From Dehalococcoidia bacterium (lineage in GTDB: Bacteria > Chloroflexota > Dehalococcoidia > DSTF01 > RBG-16-68-14), in NCBI GenBank assembly GCA_040882355.1, contig JBBEBM010000079.1, positions 1 through 51,928 on the forward strand: a stretch of DNA of 51,928 nucleotides, in the 5' to 3' direction. Numbering within the stretch: position 1 is the stretch's first letter; each line of letters opens with the position of its first letter. The translations under genes were made by a program, and so were the position numbers. The notes below the pieces were generated by a model. That model was not told where the DNA came from and searched no databases. It saw only the letters and a program-made list of their open reading frames with translations. Below, piece after piece: positions 26,461 through 36,127 of this stretch.

Positions 26461-26600
26461 GGCGCCATTATAGACCTAGCCTCAGCCGCAGCCGAGCCGC
26501 GACGCCGCTTCAGCTTCGCCTCAAAGCCGCTTGCACCCAGCCCCTCGTTCGGGTTTAATCCCCTCGTATCCTCACCTTTACGTCAAGGAGGTATCTAGCT

Positions 26601-27530
26601 GTGGCTGATCGATTGAAGGGCCGCGTGGCCATCGTCACCGGGGGAGGGCGCGGCATCGGTCGCGGCGAGGCGCTCCTGCTGGCCCAGGAGGGCGCCGCTG
26701 TCATCATCAACGACTTCGGCGGGTCCGCCGCCGGCGAAGGCGAACAGAAGGGTCCCGCGGACGAGGTCGCCGACGAGATCAAGGCGATGGGCGGCCGGGC
26801 CGCCGCCAACTACGGCAACATCGCCGCGTTCCAGACCGGCGAGGACCTCGTCAAGCAGGCCGTCGACGCGTTTGGCAGGCTCGATATCGTTGTGAACAAT
26901 GCCGGCATCCTGCGCGATCGCATGGTCTTCAACATGAGCGAGGAGGAGTGGGACTCGGTTATCGCGGTTCACCTCAAGGGCCACTTCAACCTGACGCGCG
27001 CCGCCTGCGTTGTCTTCCGCCAGCAGCGCTCCGGCGTCATCGTCAACACGTCATCGGAGTCAGGGTTGGGCAACCGTGGTCAGGCGAACTACAGCGCTGC
27101 GAAGGAGGGGATCATCGGCCTCACGCGCACGACGGCCCGCGACATGGGGCGCTACAACGTGCGCTGCAACGCGATCCGGCCGCGCGCGGCGACCCGACTC
27201 ACGATCAGCGACGACATGCGCGAGGCCGCCTCGCGTGGAGGCGCCGCCGGTATGGGCCTCGACGCGCTCAAGGCGTTCGAGAACGCCAACCCGCCCGACG
27301 CCATCGCCCCGATGGTCGTCTGGCTCTGCACGGACGAAGCCGCCAACGTCAACGGCCGCAACTTTCTCGTCACAGGCAACCAGATCGGCCTCTACAGCGA
27401 GCCGCAGGTGGTCGCGGACGCCCGATCGGACCACGGCTGGTCGCTCGATGAGCTCTCGGACGTGATGCCGAAGCAGGTGACGAGGGATCTCACCAACCAG
27501 TTCGCCCCGAAGGAAGAAGCGCCCGCGTAG
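26601..27530 (+). CDS. SDR-family oxidoreductase
   Basis: TGGGRGIG, NNAGILRD, YSAAK; SD AAGGAGG. Confidence 0.93.
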   Translation: MADRLKGRVAIVTGGGRGIGRGEALLLAQEGAAVIINDFGGSAAGEGEQKGPADEVADEIKAMGGRAAANYGNIAAFQTGEDLVKQAVDAFGRLDIVVNNAGILRDRMVFNMSEEEWDSVIAVHLKGHFNLTRAACVVFRQQRSGVIVNTSSESGLGNRGQANYSAAKEGIIGLTRTTARDMGRYNVRCNAIRPRAATRLTISDDMREAASRGGAAGMGLDALKAFENANPPDAIAPMVVWLCTDEAANVNGRNFLVTGNQIGLYSEPQVVADARSDHGWSLDELSDVMPKQVTRDLTNQFAPKEEAPA

Positions 27531-27553
27531 AGCCCGGCGGAGCACAAGGACCG

Positions 27554-27592
27554 CGCCCGGTCAAGCCATCGGCCTGACCGGGCGTTTCCTTT
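27554..27592 (+). terminator. Intrinsic terminator after the SDR gene
   Basis: CGCCCGGTCA...TGACCGGGCG stem followed by TTTCCTTT. Confidence 0.65.
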
Positions 27593-27642
27593 CAGGAGGG
27601 GCTAACGAGACTGGAAGGCGCCGCGCTTGCTCGATCGGTCCG

Positions 27643-28992
27643 CTATGGCGTCGGCGCGACCCGGTCCTCGCGGGACGCCCTCGCGCCAAACGACAGGCGG
27701 CTTCCAAGGAAGGCGCCACTCGCATCCCAGGCCGAGATGAGGAACACGCCGGTGAAGATCGCCATGATCGGCGCCAAGGGGAAGTGATAGCGAGACACCG
27801 GATTGAAGAACGCGAACACCAACGTCCAGGCCACCACAGGCAGGATCAACACAACCACGGCGCGCTGGCGTCGCCACAAACAGAGCGCCGCGCCGGTCAG
27901 GGCCGCGCCTCCAACAGCGAAGTAGAAGCGGTCGGCCAGCCCGCTCCAGCGATGCTGGGCATCGAGCGAGAACGGACGCTCGTAGTTCGGGTTCGGGTCG
28001 GGGTCGCGCCGGAAGGTGATGAGGAAGATCGCTTCGCTGTCGTTGCCGTAGAAGTCGCCGAGCTTCTCCGCCGCGTATCCGAGCGCGCGGTGCGGGTGCG
28101 TGAGCTGGTACTGCAGTCCCTCTGAAGGCGAGCGCACCGGAGCCGTACTTGTATCTAGCTCCGGGGCGTCCGGGTCGAGCGCTCGTGACAGCGCATTGTC
28201 GCCGTTCGACCGGATGACGATGAAGTCGTCGAGCTGTATCATGTTGCGCGCCGTCCATGGCGTGAGTGCAACCACCGTGCCCAGCGCGAGAAGCACCGCA
28301 TACCCGGCGACGCGTCGCCACGGACGAACCGTCAGCATCCACATGGCCGGCAGTACCGCGGCCAGGAACAGGCCTTCAGCGCGCACTAGCGCGGCGAAGC
28401 CCACGAGGAAACCGAGGAGCAGCACCTGCCAGACGCGACCATCCTGCCGCTCCACTGTCCAGACCAGAGTCAACAAGAGGATGAGCATGAATACCGCCGC
28501 GAACATGATCTCCGAAAAGACCAGCGTCGTGAAGTAGATCTGGCCCGGGAAGAACGCCAGCACGAGCGCCGCGGCGTACGCCACCCGCCGGTCGAAGATT
28601 CGGCGACACATGAGGTAGACCAGAACCACGGTAATCAGCGCGAAGGCAAGGTTGAGCGCCTTCGCCCAGAGGAGGTCCGCCCAGAGGACTTTGTAGAGCA
28701 CCGCCAGCGTCGCGGGGTAGGCGGGCGGCCATTGCGCCGTTAATCCTCCGCCCCACGGGTCGACGTAGCCGTGCCCGTCCGCCAGCAGGATCGCGACTCG
28801 GTGGTAGAAGACGCTGTCGTCGAAGCGGCCGTCGAGCGGGTCGACGTTGACATACAGGACCCACGCCACTCGCAGGGCCACTGCGGCGCCTAACGCCACG
28901 CCCAGCCACGGCAAGTCGCCTCGGGTGAGCAGAGGTGTCGACGCAGAGGGGGTGTCGTCGGACGAGCTTCGCGATGGGGCCCCGACGCTCAT
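27643..28992 (-). CDS. GT39/ArnT-like membrane glycosyltransferase
   Basis: DD...Y, WPPAYP, SE, PW..RN, RYHFP; multi-TM. Start uncertain (28992 or 29040). Confidence 0.78.
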   Translation of the reverse strand: MSVGAPSRSSSDDTPSASTPLLTRGDLPWLGVALGAAVALRVAWVLYVNVDPLDGRFDDSVFYHRVAILLADGHGYVDPWGGGLTAQWPPAYPATLAVLYKVLWADLLWAKALNLAFALITVVLVYLMCRRIFDRRVAYAAALVLAFFPGQIYFTTLVFSEIMFAAVFMLILLLTLVWTVERQDGRVWQVLLLGFLVGFAALVRAEGLFLAAVLPAMWMLTVRPWRRVAGYAVLLALGTVVALTPWTARNMIQLDDFIVIRSNGDNALSRALDPDAPELDTSTAPVRSPSEGLQYQLTHPHRALGYAAEKLGDFYGNDSEAIFLITFRRDPDPNPNYERPFSLDAQHRWSGLADRFYFAVGGAALTGAALCLWRRQRAVVVLILPVVAWTLVFAFFNPVSRYHFPLAPIMAIFTGVFLISAWDASGAFLGSRLSFGARASREDRVAPTP

Positions 28993-29112
28993 GGCCGCCT
29001 CACGGTATCGAGCGTCTGCTGGCGGGTCAAGACCAGGCATCTAGCGTGCACGCCCTTGACGTAACCGTGCCGAATCGGGCATCATACGTGGCGCAGCCCG
29101 GAAGCGATTCGC

Positions 29113-29144
29113 TATACTGGGCCGGTTAACTAAGCGAACGCTTA
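29113..29144 (+). promoter_or_regulatory. -10 box plus palindromic operator upstream of the ferritin-like gene
   Basis: TATACT at 29113-29118; TAAGCG-AA-CGCTTA at 29131-29144. Confidence 0.55.
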
Positions 29145-29161
29145 CTAAGGAGAACAACCTC

Positions 29162-30391
29162 ATGGCCGACGACGCTGCCACGGTTGAAGTCCCGCCGGAT
29201 CTGCTCGAACGCGCGAAGATCGTCGGTTGGCCGGAGGACCTCGTCGTCGAAGCGCTGCGTCTCGGCGCACAGCCCGCCGACCTCGTTCGCTTCATGAGCA
29301 TGGGAGTCTCCGCAGATCAGGCCCGCGAGTTCATGGCCGCCCAGGCCGCCGGCGGTGCGCCGCCCGCGCCGCAGCTCGACCTCGCGTGGATGAACGTCCC
29401 CACCGAGTGGGGCGTTCGCGCGAAGCCGACCAAGAAGGGACTCACCATTGAGGCGATCAACGTTGGCAAGTACGGCGACGTGCCCGAAACCTGGGAGTAC
29501 CAGACCGAGATGCCTCGCGGCGCGATCCCGATCCTCGGCGTCGAGGGCATGGGCTACTCCGTCTACGAAAAGCAGGAGCTCTGGTCCGACAACGCCGGCG
29601 ACCTGTACGAAGAGGCGATCCAGCGTCGCTGGCGCCCGGCCACCGACATCCCCTGGGATGCGCTGCAGCCGTTGCCCGACGACGTCGAGCGCGCGATCTG
29701 CCAGCTCTGCACCCACTTCAGTGAGAAGGCGCAGCTCGAGGCCGACGTGCTCTCCGGCTGGGAGCCCGAGCTGAGCTACGGCTACCACGAGGTGAAGCTC
29801 TATCTGGCCACCGTCATCTTCGAGGGCGCGCGCCACGCCGAGGTGTTCCGCAAGCGCGCCCTGAGCAACGGCGGCGGCCTGGGTATCCAAAGTCCCGGTT
29901 GGGGCTTCCGCTCCGTCACCGACGCCCGCAACTTCACCGAGATGATCACCATCCAGATGGTGCTGCAGGACGGCTTCACGCTCACGCAGTACGAGTTCGG
30001 TGAGGCCTACGCCCAGAATCCCGCCGAGGCGCTCATCTACCGCCTGGCGATGCAGGATAAGGCGCGTCACATCGCTTATGGCATCGCTCACCTGAAATAC
30101 GTCATGCTCCACCGCGCCGAGCGACGCGAGGAGATCTATCGCTACCTCGAAAAGGGCGAGTCGCTGCTCCTCGCTGACGACAAGGACTCAGCTACCCGCG
30201 AAGCCTTCGCCATCCTGTTCGCTGGCGGCAAGGACAACATCCAGGAAGGCCTGCGCACCTATAACCTGATGCGCAAGCGACAGGTGCAGCAATACCTGGA
30301 CCGCCTCAACTGGGCGACTATCGATCGTGCCGAACACCTGAGCCCCGGGCTCCGTGCTTACGTGGACGAGCCCGCGGAAGCGACCGCCTAA
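29162..30391 (+). CDS. Ferritin-like superfamily protein (diiron oxygenase-related)
   Basis: LYEEAIQRRW...DIPW..L and two helix-pair motifs ending in ARH (EGARH, DKARH). Confidence 0.75.
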   Translation: MADDAATVEVPPDLLERAKIVGWPEDLVVEALRLGAQPADLVRFMSMGVSADQAREFMAAQAAGGAPPAPQLDLAWMNVPTEWGVRAKPTKKGLTIEAINVGKYGDVPETWEYQTEMPRGAIPILGVEGMGYSVYEKQELWSDNAGDLYEEAIQRRWRPATDIPWDALQPLPDDVERAICQLCTHFSEKAQLEADVLSGWEPELSYGYHEVKLYLATVIFEGARHAEVFRKRALSNGGGLGIQSPGWGFRSVTDARNFTEMITIQMVLQDGFTLTQYEFGEAYAQNPAEALIYRLAMQDKARHIAYGIAHLKYVMLHRAERREEIYRYLEKGESLLLADDKDSATREAFAILFAGGKDNIQEGLRTYNLMRKRQVQQYLDRLNWATIDRAEHLSPGLRAYVDEPAEATA

Positions 30392-30424
30392 CGGCGAGCC
30401 GGACAACGCAAGAGGAGGAGAGTC

Positions 30425-30865
30425 ATGCCGAAGTTCCCATCCGTCGAGTGGTTTGACGCGATCAAGGACCTGGTGAACAACGATGAGGCCTTCAAGCGCC
30501 TGGGCACCGTCGATGCCACCGTCGGGGTCAAGGTGGGCGACCAGATCTTCCAGCTCACCTTCGAGGCCTTCGAGTGCACCGATGCGAAGGAGATCCAGGA
30601 ACATGCGCTGCGCGACCTCGATTTCTGGCTGGAGCAGTCACCGAAAGAGTGGCAGGACATGCTCCAGAGCATCAAGCAGCACGGCGCCGCCGACCTGCAG
30701 AACACGCTGAATACCATCGACCTCAGCCGCCCCGAGGGCTTCGCGCGGTCGTTCGACGGTTACCGGCGTGACGCTTTCTACCGCTTCAACCAGAGCCTGC
30801 AGCACTTCTTCGACTCGTCCGCCAAGATCGACACCGAGTTCGCCGTAGGCGCGGGCGCGGGCTAG
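30425..30865 (+). CDS. SCP2-like hypothetical protein
   Basis: FPSVEWF..... N-terminus is typical of SCP2-fold partners; SD GAGGAGG. Confidence 0.55.
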   Translation: MPKFPSVEWFDAIKDLVNNDEAFKRLGTVDATVGVKVGDQIFQLTFEAFECTDAKEIQEHALRDLDFWLEQSPKEWQDMLQSIKQHGAADLQNTLNTIDLSRPEGFARSFDGYRRDAFYRFNQSLQHFFDSSAKIDTEFAVGAGAG

Positions 30866-30939
30866 CCACCGCCAACACCTGGGCGCCCCGCCTCACCTTC
30901 GCGGGTGTCATTATTTCGTGGACTTGGAAGGGAGCCATC

Positions 30940-33900
30940 TTGCTCTGTACCTCCTGTGGCCACGACAACCGCGAGGGCGCGCGGTTCTGCGGCGAGTGCG
31001 CCAGCGTAGTCGTCGAGGCAGCCGCGTGCCCCGCCTGCGGCACACCGAACCCCCGCAGCCAGAAGTTCTGTGACTCCTGCGGCCAGTCGATAGGCCCGGC
31101 CACCGCCTCGAACGTCCCACCCGCGCCTGCCGCAGAGGAGCCTCCGGCTTCCTTCGCCGCGGGGCGTTACCAAGTCCGGCGCTTCCTTGGCGAGGGCGCC
31201 AAGAAGCGCGTCTTCGAGGCGCACGATACGCTGCTCGATAGGGAGGTGGCCGTCTCCCTGATCAGGACCGAGGGCCTCGACACGCTGGGCAGACAACGAA
31301 TCACCCAGGAGGCGCAGGCACTTGGGCGCCTCGGCGCCCATCCAAACATCGTCTCGGTGTTCGACCTGGGGCAAGAGGCGGACCCGCCATTCATCGTCAC
31401 CGAGCTGATGGCCAGCGACGCCGCCGCAGCCCTTCGCGAGGCTGGCGGCCCGCTACCGCTGGAGCGGACTCTGGCGCTCGCGAGAGACGTCTGCCGGGGC
31501 CTGGTATTTGCCCACAGCCAAAACGTGGTCCACCGCGACCTCAAGCCGGGCAACGTCTGGCTTACCAGCGACGGCGTCGCCAAGATCGGTGACTTCGGCC
31601 TGGCGGTGAGCCTCGACAGGTCGCGCCTCACGCAACAGGGCATGATCGTCGGCACCGTCGCGTACATGCCGCCTGAACAGGCGCTGGGCGGCGATATCAC
31701 GCCTCGTTCCGACCTGTACGCACTGGGCGCGATGCTCTACGAAATGGTCGCCGGCCGGCCCCCCTTCCCCGGCGACGACCCAACCGCGGTGATCAGTCAG
31801 CACATCAACGTGGCACCCGTGGCGCCGTCCTGGTATACGGAGCATTGCCCGCCTGACCTCGAAGAGCTGATCCTCCGCCTTCTCGCGAAGGACCCGGGGA
31901 AGCGTCCTGAGTCAGCAGCCGACGTACTCGCCTCGCTCGAGCGGGTCGACCCGACGCAGAAGAGCGCTTCGCACTCTGAGTCCAACGTGCTCGACCGGCT
32001 CTCCCGCGGCGTGTTTGTCGGCCGTGAGCAGGAGCTGGAACGCCTCCGGCGCGCCTTCGACGAGGCGTTCGCGGGGCGCGGATCGCTCCTGATGCTTGTT
32101 GGCGAGCCCGGTATCGGCAAGACCCGCGCCGCGCAGGAGCTGGAGACGTACGGGCGCATTCGCGGGGGCCTAGTCCTGTGGGGGGCAGCGCACGAAGCGG
32201 CCGGCGCGCCCGCGTACTGGCCCTGGGTGCAGGTCGGTCGAGGGTACGGTTCGACGCATGATATCACCGAACTCGCGACGGACATGGACGGCAAGCAAGC
32301 CGTCCTGGCGGGCATCTTCCCGGAGCTGCGCGCCGGTGCGAACTACGTGGAGCCCGACGTTGTTGAGGACCCGGAGGCAGCGCAGTTTCGGCTGTTCGAC
32401 TCCTACACAACGTTCGTACGGGCGATGGCGAAGCGCTCGCCACTGATCCTCGCGCTCGACGACCTGCACTGGGCGGACAAGCCGACCCTACTGCTGCTCC
32501 AGCACCTGGTACGGGAGCTCTCGCACATGCGCGTGCTTGTCGTGGGCACGTACCGCGATACAGATCTCGTGCGCGGCCATCCGCTCTCCGAAGCGCTCGC
32601 AACGCTCAATCGCGGCGCCGGGTTCCAGCGCGTCGTCCTGCGCGGCCTGGCGCGCGACGAAGTGGCCGGCTACATCCGCGGCGTGGCGAATGTCGAGCCA
32701 GCGCGTCCCGTAGTGGAGCGCATCTTCGAGGAGACGGAGGGCAACCCCTTCTTCCTCTCCGAGGTCGTCAACCTGATGGCACAGGAAGGCTCGCTGACGG
32801 CGGATTCTGTGTCGGACATCGCGGTGCCGGACGGCGTCCGTGAGGCGCTAGGGCGGCGCCTGGACCGCATCTCCGAAGGAGCGAATGAGCTGCTCCAGGT
32901 CGCCGCGGTTATCGGCAGGGAGTTCACGTATGACACGCTGACGCTGATGGGTGAACGCGACGAGAACGAACTGCTACGGCTCATTGAGGAGGGGCTGGAC
33001 GCCCGCGTAATCGAGGAGATGGACCAGGCCGGCCGATATCGCTTCACACACGCCCTGATGCAAGAGACGCTCCTTGGCGAACTCTCGACGACACGCCGGG
33101 TCCGGCTGCACGGCCAGGTGGGCGACGCCCTCGAACGGCGCTGGGGCGCCCGCGCCGAAGAGCGGGCGAGTAGACTCGCCCCGCACTTCGTCGAAGCAGC
33201 CATGGTGACGCCACGTCACGGCGCCAAGGCGGTGCGCTACTCCAAGCTCGCAGCGCAACAAGCTGAGGCCCAGTTCGCGTGGGATGAAGCACTGAAGCAC
33301 TACGAGGACTGCCTGACACTCGTGAGCGACGCGGAGGGCGGGCTGGGTGAGGACGAGTCCGCGCTGCTCACGTCGGCAGGAACGTGCGCCCGCAACGCAG
33401 GGGACTACCGTGCGGCCTGGCGCTCGCTCATGCGGGCCATCACGATCTTCCGCCAGCGCGGCGACGCCCCCGGCGTCGCGCGCGCTACCCTGGAGGCACT
33501 TCGGATCGACGCGCCGGCCGGACGCCACTTTGAGCTGGCCCATGCCGCGCTCGCTGCTCTTGGACCAGACCAGCCCTACATGGAGGCGCAGATGCTGGCC
33601 GTAATGTCGCAACCGCAGCTGGCACTTCAGGTTAGCGACGAAGAGGCCGCGCGGATAAGACACCGGGCTGAGGATCTCGCGGGGAAGCACGGCTTCCAAG
33701 ATGTGGAGGCGCACATCACGTGTGGGGACGCAAGTAGAGCGAATCTAGACGGTGATTTCGAGAGGTCGGCACTGCTCAACGCGGAGGCGCATAAGCGATT
33801 CGCCGACCTGGGCCTGGTCCGAGACGCCGCCATCGCCCTGCAGTCTCGGGCGTTCAGCCTGGTCTTGATCGGAGACCTGGACCGGGCGCGCGCCGCGGCC

Positions 33901-35280
33901 GAGGAGAGTCTATCCTACGCCCGCCAGCACCACATCCGCTTCGCGGAGATGGTGTCTTCGGACTTCATTGCTGCTGTGCTGTTCGCGCGGGGCGAGTTGG
34001 ATGCGTTCGATGCGCTGTCAGAGGAGCGGGGCGCAAACGCCGGCTACCTGCTGGACTTGATGCGCGCGGCGCGTTCGGAGATGGCCGGGGACCTCGATGC
34101 GGCCGTGGCTCTGCTGCCGGACCCGCGATTCGTCGGGGGCTCCCCCATGTATCTGGGTCAGCTCCACGCGGGGCGCGCCCGCATCATGCACAACGCCGGA
34201 CATGAAGGTCGGGCGAGGGATGAGTACGCCCGCATGCGGGAGGCGATGGAGAATAACCCAACGTCGAGAATCGTCAGCGGGATTCCGTTGCACGGCTCGG
34301 TGTTTGGGTCGCTCGATGAGGCGCTGCCTGCCCTGGCGGATGAGGACTTTCTGAACGCTGTGGTTGACTACGGCGACCCGCCCGGTGACTTCGATCCGAG
34401 TGGCCGAAGCCCGCAGCGTGCGCGGGCCGGGATGAAGCTCCACCTGGGCCTGTTTGACGACGCCGAGAACCAGTACCGGCACACGCTGGCCTGGTGCGAG
34501 CGCGAGCACTGCCCTGTTGAAGCCGGCCGATGCTTGCAAGGGCTCGCGGAGGTCGCCGAGCGGCGCGGGCGGACTGCAGAGGCGATGCAGCTCCTGGACC
34601 GCGCAGGCGAGCTGTTCCGCCAGCACGGCGCCAAATTCTACCTGGACCAGGTGATCGCCCGGAAGCTCCAGTTGCAGGGGGTCACCGTCTCCGACATCCA
34701 GACGTCGATCGGGGCCGTGACGCTCGCCGTGGAACGCGAGCGTCCGGATATGAGCGTCCACGCCGGCCCGGACGGGACGGTCACTCTCATGTTCAGCGAC
34801 ATCGAAGCGTCGTCGGAGATCAACGAGCGGCTGGGCGACGAACGGTGGCTGGAGGTCCTACGACAACATAATGCCATCATCCGAGAGCAGGTCGCCGCAC
34901 ACGGCGGATCTGAAGTGAAGTCGCAGGGCGACGGCTTCATGATCGCGTTTTCAGACCCGCGACGCTCGCTTCAGTGCGCCGTGGCGATGCAGCGGGCGTT
35001 CGCCGCTCATAACGAGGGTCCAGCCGTGGAGCGGCTTCATGTGCGCATCGGCCTCCACACTGGCGAAGCGATCAAGGAAGGCAGTGATTTCTTCGGCAGG
35101 AACGTCACGCTCGCCGCCCGCATCGCCGACCAGGCGAAGGGAGGCCATATCCTCGTCTCGTCGCTGCTCAAGGAGCGAACGGATGGCATCGAGGGCATCG
35201 CCTTCGCCGGAGGCCGCGAGGTCGCGCTCAAGGGCCTGTCGGCCACGCAGGCTGTGTACGAGGTCGCCTGGGAATCATGA
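30940..35280 (+). CDS. Multidomain signalling protein: double zinc ribbon, Ser/Thr kinase, STAND AAA ATPase, TPR-like repeats, class III nucleotide cyclase
   Basis: CxxC pairs; HRDLKPGN/DFG/PE; GEPGIGKT, LDDLHWAD, GNPFF; FSDI, GDGFM, RIGLHTG, FGRNVTLAARI. Confidence 0.92.
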   Translation: MLCTSCGHDNREGARFCGECASVVVEAAACPACGTPNPRSQKFCDSCGQSIGPATASNVPPAPAAEEPPASFAAGRYQVRRFLGEGAKKRVFEAHDTLLDREVAVSLIRTEGLDTLGRQRITQEAQALGRLGAHPNIVSVFDLGQEADPPFIVTELMASDAAAALREAGGPLPLERTLALARDVCRGLVFAHSQNVVHRDLKPGNVWLTSDGVAKIGDFGLAVSLDRSRLTQQGMIVGTVAYMPPEQALGGDITPRSDLYALGAMLYEMVAGRPPFPGDDPTAVISQHINVAPVAPSWYTEHCPPDLEELILRLLAKDPGKRPESAADVLASLERVDPTQKSASHSESNVLDRLSRGVFVGREQELERLRRAFDEAFAGRGSLLMLVGEPGIGKTRAAQELETYGRIRGGLVLWGAAHEAAGAPAYWPWVQVGRGYGSTHDITELATDMDGKQAVLAGIFPELRAGANYVEPDVVEDPEAAQFRLFDSYTTFVRAMAKRSPLILALDDLHWADKPTLLLLQHLVRELSHMRVLVVGTYRDTDLVRGHPLSEALATLNRGAGFQRVVLRGLARDEVAGYIRGVANVEPARPVVERIFEETEGNPFFLSEVVNLMAQEGSLTADSVSDIAVPDGVREALGRRLDRISEGANELLQVAAVIGREFTYDTLTLMGERDENELLRLIEEGLDARVIEEMDQAGRYRFTHALMQETLLGELSTTRRVRLHGQVGDALERRWGARAEERASRLAPHFVEAAMVTPRHGAKAVRYSKLAAQQAEAQFAWDEALKHYEDCLTLVSDAEGGLGEDESALLTSAGTCARNAGDYRAAWRSLMRAITIFRQRGDAPGVARATLEALRIDAPAGRHFELAHAALAALGPDQPYMEAQMLAVMSQPQLALQVSDEEAARIRHRAEDLAGKHGFQDVEAHITCGDASRANLDGDFERSALLNAEAHKRFADLGLVRDAAIALQSRAFSLVLIGDLDRARAAAEESLSYARQHHIRFAEMVSSDFIAAVLFARGELDAFDALSEERGANAGYLLDLMRAARSEMAGDLDAAVALLPDPRFVGGSPMYLGQLHAGRARIMHNAGHEGRARDEYARMREAMENNPTSRIVSGIPLHGSVFGSLDEALPALADEDFLNAVVDYGDPPGDFDPSGRSPQRARAGMKLHLGLFDDAENQYRHTLAWCEREHCPVEAGRCLQGLAEVAERRGRTAEAMQLLDRAGELFRQHGAKFYLDQVIARKLQLQGVTVSDIQTSIGAVTLAVERERPDMSVHAGPDGTVTLMFSDIEASSEINERLGDERWLEVLRQHNAIIREQVAAHGGSEVKSQGDGFMIAFSDPRRSLQCAVAMQRAFAAHNEGPAVERLHVRIGLHTGEAIKEGSDFFGRNVTLAARIADQAKGGHILVSSLLKERTDGIEGIAFAGGREVALKGLSATQAVYEVAWES

Positions 35281-36125
35281 TCGGTCGCCTCAGCCGCCGC
35301 GACTTCCTCAAGCTCACCTCGGCCGGCTCGCTCGTTCTCGCGCTCGGCTGGAGCGCCGAGGCCTGCGGCGACGGCGACGAGGCCCCAGAGTTCTTCACGC
35401 CGCAGGAACGCACGACGCTCGAGGCAGCGGTTGAGCGCATCCTCCCCGGCGCTGTCGCGGCGGGCGCTCTGATCTACATCGAGCGGCTCCTCACCGCGTT
35501 CGACCACGACCGGCCGCCCATCTTCGCCGGCGGACCGTTCAGCGATCGCCACCCCTTCCCGAACATCGAGCGGGGCGCGCCGTCCGACGACTTTCCCGAC
35601 AACGACTTTGAACGCTTCATCCCGCTCTCGCGCATCCGCGAGCTGGCGTGGCGCGTGCGTATCTTCGGTTCGGCGAATGTGCCCGGAGCCGAGTTCATGT
35701 TCGAGTCGGTCACGGGCCATCGCGACCTCTACCGCGAGAGCATCGGCGATCTCGATGCGAAGGGCCGCGACCTTGCCGGCACGAGCTTCGTCGAGCTGCG
35801 TGCGGAGCAGCAGGACGAGGCGCTCACCCAGGCGTCCCCTGCGTTCGTCGGCCAGCTCATCGAGCACGTCGTCGAAGGTGTCTACGCCGCGCCGGAGTAC
35901 GGCGGCAACGCTGGTCTCGCCGGCTGGCGGTCGTCGCAGTACGAGGGCGACAGCCAGCCCCTTGGGTACTCAATCTTCAACGCCGCGACGAACGAGTACG
36001 AGGAGCTGCCTGAGCGGCCGCTCTCGACGGAGAACCCGGACGAGGACTTCAGCGGCCTCCAGGGCGACGTGCTGGAGTTCATCGCGGCGATCACCCTCGG
36101 CCAGGGCGGCCAGCGCTTCTTCTAG
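35277..36125 (+). CDS. Gluconate 2-dehydrogenase subunit 3 family protein with Tat signal
   Basis: SRRDFLK twin-arginine motif; EG.YA.PEYGGN..LAGW. Confidence 0.85.
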   Translation: MIGRLSRRDFLKLTSAGSLVLALGWSAEACGDGDEAPEFFTPQERTTLEAAVERILPGAVAAGALIYIERLLTAFDHDRPPIFAGGPFSDRHPFPNIERGAPSDDFPDNDFERFIPLSRIRELAWRVRIFGSANVPGAEFMFESVTGHRDLYRESIGDLDAKGRDLAGTSFVELRAEQQDEALTQASPAFVGQLIEHVVEGVYAAPEYGGNAGLAGWRSSQYEGDSQPLGYSIFNAATNEYEELPERPLSTENPDEDFSGLQGDVLEFIAAITLGQGGQRFF

Positions 36126-36127
36126 CC

